NCBI GenBank assembly: GCA_029259175.1
Contig: JAPDJH010000005.1
Location: 32,001 to 96,000, forward strand
Length of the DNA: 64,000 nt
Reading direction: 5' to 3'
DNA from: Hadesarchaea archaeon
Lineage (GTDB): Archaea > Hadarchaeota > Hadarchaeia > Hadarchaeales > Hadarchaeaceae
Positions 50,912 to 58,908 of the stretch are shown in pieces. The number at the start of each line of letters is the position of its first letter. Within the stretch, counting starts at the first letter, position 1. The notes under the pieces were generated by a model. The model ran no database searches, was not told the DNA's origin, and saw only the letters and a list, made by a program, of their open reading frames with translations. The position numbers and the translations under genes are program-made.

Positions 50912-51447
50912 CACAGCCTCTCCCGCGTCACGGCATAATAAGTTATGTCCCCTTCCTCATCCACGATTGCCCAAATAAAGCGTTTGCGAACCCCATGAGC
51001 CAACCTAACGGCTCGAACCAGTTCGGTTGCTCCAAACTTGGCCGATCCCGGGATTGCGTGAACCAAAAACTTGGAGTGGGCTTCCCCCGGGCGGTCCCCC
51101 CGGTCGTACACTCGAAAATGCGCTCCGAATTTCAGCCCTGTTCTCACAATGTAGCCGCGCGAACGCAAGTCAGCATACGTGACATATTTGAGTCTGAATT
51201 CCGGATCCGTTTTCGCAAATTTCTTCATCAGCGTTTCGAAATCTAGCTTATTTCCCTTTTGATCTTCGATTATTATTTTTCCGTTTTCAACCAGATAGAG
51301 TGCCTCGACAGGAGAGAGCTGAAGTCGCCCGCCACTAAGCGGTTTTCCATAGCATCCCCGCTGGTAAAATCTGTTTGCACGATCTGGATCCATCACTATA
51401 ACGACTCTCTTTTGCAGGACCGCCCGAGCCGGTGCCTCTTCCGTCAT
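50911..51447 (-). CDS. endA: tRNA-intron endonuclease (alpha4-type size)
   Basis: LSPVEALYL, Y.DLR.RGY.VRTGLKFGAHFRVY, HS, RLAHGVRK, VDEEGDITY. Confidence 0.95.
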   Translation of the reverse strand: MTEEAPARAVLQKRVVIVMDPDRANRFYQRGCYGKPLSGGRLQLSPVEALYLVENGKIIIEDQKGNKLDFETLMKKFAKTDPEFRLKYVTYADLRSRGYIVRTGLKFGAHFRVYDRGDRPGEAHSKFLVHAIPGSAKFGATELVRAVRLAHGVRKRFIWAIVDEEGDITYYAVTRERL

Positions 51448-51481
51448 CCAAATCCCAATAGAAAAGGTCTTGGAGATTTAT

Positions 51482-52936
51482 TTAGGATGACTGCTTGTTC
51501 ATAGAAGTATTGAGTTCTTTCCAGTAACGGAGATTGTGAATGCAACCGGGATCGGGCGCTTGGACATTTCCGTAGTATCCATAGGCTCGCGCCCTACAGC
51601 CCCCGCAGATGTAGCGGTACTCGCACTGAGAACACCCCTCTATCGAATCCCGGTCGCGCAGCTTCCACAAGAGTTCTGATTTATCCCAAATCTCCACGAG
51701 CTTATCCGTCCTGATGTTGCCCAACTTAATCGGCATGAACACACAGGGGATGATGTCTCCGTTGGGTTCCAAACCACAGTAAAGCCTGCCAGCGCCGCAT
51801 CCTCCTAAAAACTCCGCCAGGGCCTTCGTTCGGCCCCGCAGGGCCTTCAGCGCACCTTCAGTGGTGAAGTGTGTTGCTATCACGCCCGCATCTGAACCAT
51901 ATGCATACTCCCACGAAACGACCGAGAACTGGGGTGCCGTCGAATAGCAGGTGAGCCCGTCGCCTTTTATCATTCGCTCGTACAGATATTTGAGCAGCTC
52001 GTACCTCTCTTGGGGGGAGATGTCCTGTTCCACTATTTCTTTGCCCCGGCCTGTTGGCACGTAGTTGAAAACGATGACGCGTTTTGCCCCGAGCTCCGTG
52101 TGCGCAAACTCGACCAAGTCCGGAATCTCTTTCAGGTTATACCGGGTCGCGGTTATCGCCACGCACGTGTCCATCCCCGCTGCGACGGCATTTTTGATTC
52201 CCTCGCAGGTCTTCTTCCAGATCCCCGGAATCCCCCTGAACTCATCATGGGTCTTTTCAAAACCGTCAAGAGAGATCTCTACGTAGTCAAAAATCTCCTT
52301 CATCTTGTGTGCCACTTCTGGGGTGATTAGAGTCCCGTTGGTTGCTATCGAAACGAAAAATCCCTTGCTCTTGGCGTAACCTGCGACCTCATAAATATCC
52401 TTGCGCATGAGGGGCTCGCCCCCGGAAAAGGCAATCGCCACCACTCCTGCCTGTTCAAGCTGGTCAATAACCTGTTTGGCTTCCTCGGTCGTAAGCTCAT
52501 CTGGAGCCGGCGATTTGAGGGCGTTCGCATAACAGTGCTTGCAGTTCAAATTGCACGCCCTAGTGTAGTTCCACACAACCAAAAAGGGTGCAACGGAGGT
52601 AAAAGGACGACGAGCACCATATCGTGCTATGCCCGAGAGCACGTTGACCATCCCGCGACGGATGACCGGATCCCTCAGTTGCTTTCTCAGATCCCCGCTA
52701 TAACCAAAAATCGATTTTCCTCTTTCTATTACGGCCTTAACAATCCAATAAGCTATTCGGTCTTGAAATCCGCAAGGAACGTTCTCCCCCACGTAGCGCC
52801 GGAGTGCGATGTCCAAACGACTGACTCCCTCTTTTGACCTTTCGCACACGAACCGCAACATGGCTTTGGTAAACGGATTGCTCAGCCAGCGCTCTACGCT
52901 CCCAATGATGACCTCTTCTCTTTTCGTGCCCGCCAT
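51482..52936 (-). CDS. radical SAM/SPASM domain protein (candidate GMGT synthase family)
   Basis: CNLNCKHC, SGGEP, SPASM CGAG...G...PC and C..C.....CGGCRA..PGC; about 110-aa helical N-terminal extension. Confidence 0.92.
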   Translation of the reverse strand: MAGTKREEVIIGSVERWLSNPFTKAMLRFVCERSKEGVSRLDIALRRYVGENVPCGFQDRIAYWIVKAVIERGKSIFGYSGDLRKQLRDPVIRRGMVNVLSGIARYGARRPFTSVAPFLVVWNYTRACNLNCKHCYANALKSPAPDELTTEEAKQVIDQLEQAGVVAIAFSGGEPLMRKDIYEVAGYAKSKGFFVSIATNGTLITPEVAHKMKEIFDYVEISLDGFEKTHDEFRGIPGIWKKTCEGIKNAVAAGMDTCVAITATRYNLKEIPDLVEFAHTELGAKRVIVFNYVPTGRGKEIVEQDISPQERYELLKYLYERMIKGDGLTCYSTAPQFSVVSWEYAYGSDAGVIATHFTTEGALKALRGRTKALAEFLGGCGAGRLYCGLEPNGDIIPCVFMPIKLGNIRTDKLVEIWDKSELLWKLRDRDSIEGCSQCEYRYICGGCRARAYGYYGNVQAPDPGCIHNLRYWKELNTSMNKQSS

Positions 52937-53030
52937 CTGGTCTCACTCCGGTGAAACTACAATTTCACCTAATAAAACCGTAACAGGAGGATTTATATAA
53001 CAGCGTTATCATAATATGAATATGGGGATT

Positions 53031-53162
53031 CACGCTAATGCCGGGCGGCGAGCCGAGGCGATGATGAGAATTTGGGTCTGAGACGTTGAGGTTTTTCGTC
53101 GAGGAAGATTCACCTCCATCCGAGTCTGTGCAGCCCGCCGCCCGGTATTTTTTCCCGGCGTG
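53031..53162 (+). ncRNA. candidate structured non-coding RNA (long irregular hairpin with a C-box-like motif)
   Basis: 14-bp stem 53037-53050/53136-53149; inner G-U-rich stems that pair only on the + strand; TTTATATAA upstream at 52992-53000; T6 run at 53148-53153. Confidence 0.5.
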
Positions 53163-53275
53163 CTTAAAAAAAATCATGGGGTGCCTGCGGGCTGAAGACG
53201 CGTGGGCCGGGCGGGCGTGGGGGTTCCTTCAGGGATCGTCTGCCCTCCGTTTGTAGTGACATAAAATCGAACGAG

Positions 53276-53604
53276 ATGAACGGTGCATTTTCGTGGTGCG
53301 GTTGTTTTTGCGGTGCGGGCGTGGCGCTCGGCGGCACAATCAAGGGCGCGGAAGCTAGCGCGGCCGGAACCGCGATGGGTTTCCCCACGATGTTCCTCTC
53401 TGGGGCTTTCTGGCCAATCGAGATGATGCCCGGCTTCAGGCAGGCAGTTGCCAAAGCCATGCCGTTGGACTACTTCCGTGGCGGCCTGAGACAGACGATG
53501 ATCTGCCAGACCCCCAGGTCGCGCTGCCTCTCCTGACTTTGGGGGTCTTGGCTGTTGTGTTCCTCTCTCTGGCGATAAAGCTGACGGAGTGGAGGGAGTT
53601 CTGA
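53276..53604 (+). pseudogene. ABC-2 type transporter permease C-terminal remnant
   Basis: FPTMFLSGAFWPIEMMP..Q.VAK.MPL.Y...GLR signature; frameshift near 53510 then LPLLTLGVLAVVFLSLAIKLTEWREF*; N-terminal part missing. Confidence 0.75.
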
Positions 53605-53666
53605 AGATAACCACCACTGAGCAAAGCGAGAGTCCAAACTCCCGGCTCGTCGACTGACCGGGCCTT

Positions 53667-53834
53667 TTACCTTCTGAACCTCCGCTTCTGCCAGCACTCC
53701 CGGCAGTAAACCGGCCTTCCCTCGGTAGGCTTGAAGGGGACCTCACACTCGGCACCGCAGTCGGCGCAGATGGCCTTGTGCATTTGCCGCGGCCCGAACC
53801 TTCGCGGCCTCCCGAACTTTCTTCCATACGCCAT
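53667..53834 (-). CDS. CxxC-x17-CxxC domain protein, 55 aa (absent from ORF track)
   Basis: MAYGRKFGRPRRFGPRQMHKAICADCGAECEVPFKPTEGRPVYCRECWQKRRFRR*; SD AGGAG upstream. Confidence 0.92.
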   Translation of the reverse strand: MAYGRKFGRPRRFGPRQMHKAICADCGAECEVPFKPTEGRPVYCRECWQKRRFRR

Positions 53835-53848
53835 TTTTTTCTCTCCTA

Positions 53849-53910
53849 GAACCCAACGAAGCAGTCGAAGCTGCCAAATGGTTTTTCTCGTGAAAAACCT
53901 CGTTGCGTTC
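53849..53910 (-). promoter_or_regulatory. structured 5' leader (three-way junction) of the CxxC-x17-CxxC gene
   Basis: Outer stem GAAC.CAACGA/UCGUUG.GUUC enclosing hairpins GGUUUUUC-ACGA-GAAAAACC and GGCAG-CUUCGA-CUGCU; TATA TTTATATG at 53932-53939. Confidence 0.55.
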
Positions 53911-53978
53911 CGAGTTCATTGTGCCGCCCGCATATAAATGCTTTTGAAAAGCGTTTGAAAAACCATCGAACGACCGAG

Positions 53979-54056
53979 TGGTGGGGTCGCCGGGATTTGA
54001 ACCCAGGTCACCAGCTCCCAAAGCTGGCAGGATAGACCAAGCTACCCCACGACCCC
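53979..54056 (-). tRNA. tRNA-Pro(UGG), intronless, CCA encoded
   Basis: GGGGTCG acceptor stem, D-arm GGGTAGCTTGGTCTATCC, anticodon arm CCAGC-TTTGGGA-GCTGG, T-loop GGTTCAAATCC, 3' ACCA. Confidence 0.97.
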
Positions 54057-54078
54057 AACACACCTTTTTGGAACCATA

Positions 54079-55272
54079 TTAAGAAGCTCTCCGTTTCAGA
54101 GATTTTGCGACCTCTTTTTCCAGCCAGCTGAGAGGAACATCCGGAATCGCTATCCGAGTGCTCTGTCCCCTGTGTCCTGGCCCTGAAGGCTTCAGCATAA
54201 CAAGACCCAAAGCACGTAATCTTTGAAGATAACTCCAGAACTGAGTCACTCCTCGCGGTTTTTCCCCATATTCTTCACATACTATGCGATAGGTGTTTTT
54301 CACCTCGCCCGTGAACACATAAGCTTGACCGCTTGATTTTAAACGCCGAACCACAGCGAGTAATGCAAGTTTCTCATGGAGCTGGAGGTCGGCCAACACG
54401 TCGCGTCGGATTTCTGGATATACCTCCGATTTGGCTTCCCGAGCATGCTCGGGCAAAACTGTTTCTGAACCATAATTATCCGCCACCAGTCCCGCTCGCC
54501 ACAGCAGCTCGAGAGCAAGCCTTGCGTTCCCCCATCTCGCCGCGATATCTGCAATCAGCTCCACTGTTTCTGGATCTACAGCGCCAGGCCGAAACGCCAA
54601 TTCTATCCGCTGCTCCATAATATCCATGAGCTCCTGAGCGCCGTATCCTTCGAGAACCAACATGTTGTGCATAAATGTGCTGCGCGTGGGGGAGTCAAGC
54701 TTATCTAGAAAGCGTCGATCGTGGGCGATCCCGAGAATGCTTATCCGATTTTTCAATCCCTTCTCCTCTGCTGCTCGGGAAAGAAAGAACAACAAATCCG
54801 GACCGTTCAGATTGACAAAATAATCGATCTCATCCAGCGTCAAAAGCAGATATTTGTCATGGACCTGAAGGTGAGTGACAACCATATCCAACAATTTTTC
54901 CGGCCCAAGACCGTGGTACGGCCAGCGTGGGTTGTAGTGCTGAACCAGTTTAGCACATATCGCAAACACCGTCTTGTCCTTCCGGCAGTTGAGATGAAGA
55001 TAATCCAGCTGGATTTTTTTCTCGCGCGCCAGCTCCTTTAGCTCCGTGCCGAACTTGTACGCGAGAACCGTTTTCCCGACACCGATATCTCCCACTATCA
55101 GAGCGCGCTGGCTGGTTAGAGATGCGAGCAGTGGGCGAAAGACCTGGGCAAGCCATCGGAACTCGTCGTCTCGGTGAACTAAAACCGGAGGGATGTAGTC
55201 CGAAAACAGCACGCTGGGATCCCTGAAGACCGAACGCTTGCGGAGTTCTTCCTCGAGAATTCTCCTCGACAT
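54079..55272 (-). CDS. cdc6: ORC1/Cdc6 replication initiator
   Basis: VF.D...L..DY.P..L.HR, GDIGVGKT, LDEID, GNARLALELL..AG, winged-helix C-terminus. Confidence 0.95.
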   Translation of the reverse strand: MSRRILEEELRKRSVFRDPSVLFSDYIPPVLVHRDDEFRWLAQVFRPLLASLTSQRALIVGDIGVGKTVLAYKFGTELKELAREKKIQLDYLHLNCRKDKTVFAICAKLVQHYNPRWPYHGLGPEKLLDMVVTHLQVHDKYLLLTLDEIDYFVNLNGPDLLFFLSRAAEEKGLKNRISILGIAHDRRFLDKLDSPTRSTFMHNMLVLEGYGAQELMDIMEQRIELAFRPGAVDPETVELIADIAARWGNARLALELLWRAGLVADNYGSETVLPEHAREAKSEVYPEIRRDVLADLQLHEKLALLAVVRRLKSSGQAYVFTGEVKNTYRIVCEEYGEKPRGVTQFWSYLQRLRALGLVMLKPSGPGHRGQSTRIAIPDVPLSWLEKEVAKSLKRRAS

Positions 55273-55351
55273 CGTTTTCTTCCCCTTTCTTATTCTCATG
55301 CAAGATTAAGAATGACACTCAAGATTATTAAAAAAGGGCAGGGATGTAATA

Positions 55352-55822
55352 GTGACCGATATGCCGTTGTCTCCCGCCTCTCTCAAACGGTTGATGGAAT
55401 TAAAAGTAAAAGACGTTATGAACCCCCGGCCGCCAACGTGCAAACCAGAAACACACGTGTCCGAATTGTTGAAAAAATTTCGAACCAGAAAGGAAGATTA
55501 CGTGTTGGTGGTAAACCAGAATAAAAAGCTCCTAGGAATAGTCACCGAAAGTGATGTGCTTTATGCCCTGAAAAGGCCGTCGAGACACATGTTCATTGGT
55601 GCATGGGCTGCACGGGAGATGATAAAGATTACTGCAAGCAGGGCCGAGGAGATCATGAGCAAACACCCGCTGACCGTGCATCCAGAAAACACCGTCCGTG
55701 AAGCTCTCGATATAATGTCCACGCATAAATTCCGGCATCTCCCCGTGACTAAAGAAGACAAAATAGTTGGCGCGATAAGCATCCGAGACATCATTGAGAG
55801 TATGCTGAAACTGAAAGAGTAG
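55352..55822 (+). CDS. CBS-pair domain protein
   Basis: KVKDVMN, LLGIVTESD, EIMS..P.TV, FRHLPV, VGAISIRD. Confidence 0.92.
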   Translation: MTDMPLSPASLKRLMELKVKDVMNPRPPTCKPETHVSELLKKFRTRKEDYVLVVNQNKKLLGIVTESDVLYALKRPSRHMFIGAWAAREMIKITASRAEEIMSKHPLTVHPENTVREALDIMSTHKFRHLPVTKEDKIVGAISIRDIIESMLKLKE

Positions 55823-55834
55823 AGGGGGTTCTTC

Positions 55835-57037
55835 ATGATAAACATTCTTCTCTTCGCAGGGCTAGTTCTCGCCCTCGGGGCGATCGGTGGACGGATTGCT
55901 CACTCTCTCAAATTGACCGGCATTGTCGGGTACATATTCATAGGATTTTTAGTGGGACCAATTCTGGGGCTCGTCAATCGATTAGGTTTGTCGGGTTCTT
56001 TTTCGTCTTTATGGACAATGTGGACACATCTCACCCTCGCTCTAGTGGCTTTCGTCATCGGAGCCCAGCTCACAATTTCTCTCATCAAACACCTCGGTAA
56101 GCCGGTGTTGGGCATGCTATTCGCGGAGTCTCTGTGTGCAACTTTTGCTGTAATTATTGGAATCACGTTGTTTACCGGAGATCTCACGCTAGGACTAATA
56201 TTTGGCGCAATGGCTGCGGCGACCGATCCCGTGGCTACTGTAGGAGTACTGCACGAATACCACTCAAAAGGGCCGGTCACAAATGCTCTCCTAACATTGG
56301 TTGGATGGGACGACGCAATAGCATCGACTGTTGTAGCAATAGTCTCGGCCGTTGTTATTGGAATTCTAGGCGGAACGGCGACGATAGGAGGAGTAGTAGC
56401 GACTGTCATTTTCAGGATATTTGGAGGCCTGTTCATAGGGGTCGTCCTTGGTCTGCTCTTGGTGCTCGTTGTGACAAAAATCCGCGATCGAGAAAGTATT
56501 TTCATCTACACGCTTGCTATTGTTCTCCTAGGTGCCGGTATTGCCGAGTACTTCGATATCTCGCTGATTTTGACCTGTATGGCCATTGGAATAACCTTTA
56601 TCAATTTTCTGCCTCGAAAGGGCCACTTTGTGCGGAACTTGATAGAGGAAATAATGCCCCCGCTTTACGTGGTATTCTTCGTCCTCGTAGGTATGCAGCT
56701 GAATTTTGAGATGATAGAAACCGCTGGTGGACTGGCCGCCGTCTACATAATGAGTAGAATGTTTGGAAAGTATGGAGGAATTTCGGCCAGCGCCCGTCTG
56801 TTACGGGCCCCACGAGTTTTCCAAAAATACCTCGGGTTCGGGATGTTCTCTCAAGGAGCTCTAGCATTAGGACTTATGGCGCTATTAGGTACTAAGATAT
56901 CCAAATTTTCTCCCAGCTCAAGCATACCGACCCTGGGGATCACGGTGATCACTATAACTACTATTGCCTTTGAAATCATCGGACCAATTGGCGTGAGGTT
57001 GGCCATCAAAAAAGCTGGAGAAACTAAACGAGAGTAA
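55835..57037 (+). CDS. cation:proton antiporter (CPA family)
   Basis: About 12 TMs, AAATDPVAT, GP.T..LL..VGWDDA, FFVLVG, R..GK, Q..LA.GL, EIIGP. Confidence 0.92.
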   Translation: MINILLFAGLVLALGAIGGRIAHSLKLTGIVGYIFIGFLVGPILGLVNRLGLSGSFSSLWTMWTHLTLALVAFVIGAQLTISLIKHLGKPVLGMLFAESLCATFAVIIGITLFTGDLTLGLIFGAMAAATDPVATVGVLHEYHSKGPVTNALLTLVGWDDAIASTVVAIVSAVVIGILGGTATIGGVVATVIFRIFGGLFIGVVLGLLLVLVVTKIRDRESIFIYTLAIVLLGAGIAEYFDISLILTCMAIGITFINFLPRKGHFVRNLIEEIMPPLYVVFFVLVGMQLNFEMIETAGGLAAVYIMSRMFGKYGGISASARLLRAPRVFQKYLGFGMFSQGALALGLMALLGTKISKFSPSSSIPTLGITVITITTIAFEIIGPIGVRLAIKKAGETKRE

Positions 57038-57163
57038 CTTCAACCAGTGCCTTCTAATTAGTGAATTATTCTCCGCTCAAAATCCAGGTAGTGAATAATC
57101 TAGGTGAAAGCCTCCAAACGTGTAAGATAAAACCGAGAAAATCTAAACACCAACGGGCTGTCC

Positions 57164-58357
57164 ATGATAGAAAACCTCCTGTTCTTAATAGGGATTCTGC
57201 TGGGTTTTGGAGCGATTGTGGGGAAAATCACGCATGCTTTGAAACTTACAGGGGTGGTGGGATACCTCATCGTAGGGATGGTTCTAGGGCCTATCACTAA
57301 ATCATTTGGATATTTTGGTGTAAGCGAATCCACGCTTTCCACCCTCTGGGAAATCACTACCAAAACCACGCTCGCTCTCGTAGCTTTCATAATTGGCGGC
57401 CATCTGAGGATAAAGATGTTCAAACAGTTGGGCAAGTCCATTATCGCCATAATATTCGGAGAATCCTTTGGTGCTTTTTTCTTGGTGTTGGTACTAGCCT
57501 ATTTAGTGAGTGGAAATCTTGCTCTCTCCCTCCTTTTGGCCTCTCTGGCACCTGCGAGCGCTCCGGCGGGGACTGTGGCCGTGCTGCACGAATATCGAGC
57601 GAGAGGGCCGCTCACAAACGCCCTTCTAGCGGTGGTCGGATGGGACGATGCACTAGCTATCCTGATCTTCGCTTGTGCTCTAAGCGCAATAAAAATAAGT
57701 TTGGGGGGAGCGCTCACCATTTTTAGTGTCGTGGAGCCCCTTAGGGAAATCATTGGCGCTCTCATTTTAGGAACGGCGCTGGCAGTTGCTCTGCTCTTTC
57801 TTACTAGGAGAATCCAAGACAGAGAATCTCTGCTCGTGGTTTCCTTAACGTGTATTTTTATCGGTGCTGGACTTGCTGAAGGAGTTGGATTCTCATTAAT
57901 CCTAACGTGTATGATACTTGGAATGCTCTTGATCAATCTGGCCCCCTCTTTCGCGAGAACTTCTTTAAATATGATTGAAAACTTGATGCCACCCGTATAC
58001 ATTGTGTTCTTTGCTCTCGCTGGCACCCAACTGAGATTTGACTTGCTCGCCACAATGGGGCTTTTGGGTGTGACCTATATTGTTGGAAGAGCTCTGGGGT
58101 TGATAAGTGGTGCTTCTATAAGCGCTAGACTTTCTGGGGCCTCACCGGTTCTTCAGAGATACTTAGGATTCGGAATCCTGTCCCAAGCAGGAGTGGCCAT
58201 AGGACTTGCCGCTCTGGCCGCTTCAGAGCTGGCTGGAACACCAATAGCCACTCAATCGCTCACTTTAATAATGGCCACAACGGTAGTGTTCGAAATAATT
58301 GGTCCCATTGGAGTGCGATATGCCATAACAAAGGCCGGAGAAGCGAGACGGAAGTGA
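57164..58357 (+). CDS. cation:proton antiporter (CPA family), tandem paralogue
   Basis: ASAPAGT, GPLTNALLAVVGWDDA, FFALAG, SQAGVAIGL, FEIIGPIGVR.AI.KAGE shared with the upstream copy. Confidence 0.92.
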   Translation: MIENLLFLIGILLGFGAIVGKITHALKLTGVVGYLIVGMVLGPITKSFGYFGVSESTLSTLWEITTKTTLALVAFIIGGHLRIKMFKQLGKSIIAIIFGESFGAFFLVLVLAYLVSGNLALSLLLASLAPASAPAGTVAVLHEYRARGPLTNALLAVVGWDDALAILIFACALSAIKISLGGALTIFSVVEPLREIIGALILGTALAVALLFLTRRIQDRESLLVVSLTCIFIGAGLAEGVGFSLILTCMILGMLLINLAPSFARTSLNMIENLMPPVYIVFFALAGTQLRFDLLATMGLLGVTYIVGRALGLISGASISARLSGASPVLQRYLGFGILSQAGVAIGLAALAASELAGTPIATQSLTLIMATTVVFEIIGPIGVRYAITKAGEARRK

Positions 58358-58363
58358 AATCGA

Positions 58364-58906
58364 ATGTGGGTAGAAATAGTGAGAGTAGGGGAAGTAAATC
58401 AAACCGTAGTCGAAACTGTGCGTAAAGGGATTATAAAATATTTGGGACCCATCATCGAAAATTCTACAATCGGTCCAACATTCAACATGCCGCCCGCTGC
58501 GTACAATCCTGACCGACAACAATACGATGCTGATCTAATCTTGAACCGGCTTTGTCATCGAATCCGGGGAAGTCATAAAGTGTTGGCCTTGACCGAACGT
58601 GATCTCTACACCTCGTCTGCCAATCTGAACTTCATTTTCGGATTAGCACAATGTCCAGGACGGTGCGCCATAGTGTCTGTCGCTAGGCTCGATCCCAGTT
58701 TCTACCGCAAACGCATGAACAAAAAGCTTCTGCTCGAAAGAAGTGTGAAAGAAGCTGTGCACGAACTCGGACACACTTTTGGATTGGAGCACTGTCCCAA
58801 CCAGCGGTGCGTGATGCGTTTCTCAAACAGCGTGCTAGAAGTGGATGAAAAACCGGCCTCGCTGTGCACCGAGTGCTGGCGAAAATTGTACACGCGAGTG
58901 CTCTAG
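58364..58906 (+). CDS. amzA: archaemetzincin zinc metalloprotease
   Basis: R.QY, NFIFGLA, KEAVHELGHTFGLEHC....CVM.FSNS..EVD.K....C..C. Confidence 0.95.
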   Translation: MWVEIVRVGEVNQTVVETVRKGIIKYLGPIIENSTIGPTFNMPPAAYNPDRQQYDADLILNRLCHRIRGSHKVLALTERDLYTSSANLNFIFGLAQCPGRCAIVSVARLDPSFYRKRMNKKLLLERSVKEAVHELGHTFGLEHCPNQRCVMRFSNSVLEVDEKPASLCTECWRKLYTRVL

Positions 58907-58908
58907 CC

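Noticed and set aside
53030-53119. 29-aa minus-strand ORF (MEVNLPRRKTSTSQTQILIIASARRPALA) as a RiPP precursor for the SPASM enzyme
   Set aside because: No SD before the ATG, no Cys or aromatic core residues, no intact transporter or protease nearby; G-U pairing favours a + strand RNA. Not fully excluded.
53101-53292. RNase P or SRP RNA, suggested by GAGGAAGATTCACC
   Set aside because: The motif is enclosed in a local stem incompatible with the RNase P fold, there is no proper ACAnAAnnnGCUUA 3' region, and there is no SRP helix-8 GNRA motif.
53174-53827. 217-aa minus-strand ORF
   Set aside because: Low-complexity shadow frame overlapping the real CxxC gene and antisense to the permease remnant.
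53743-54063. 106-aa ORF spanning tRNA-Pro
   Set aside because: It is a translation of the tRNA and promoter sequence.
54057-55351. Replication origin adjacent to cdc6
   Set aside because: Flanking gaps are only about 20 and 80 bp and I found no ORB-like repeats.
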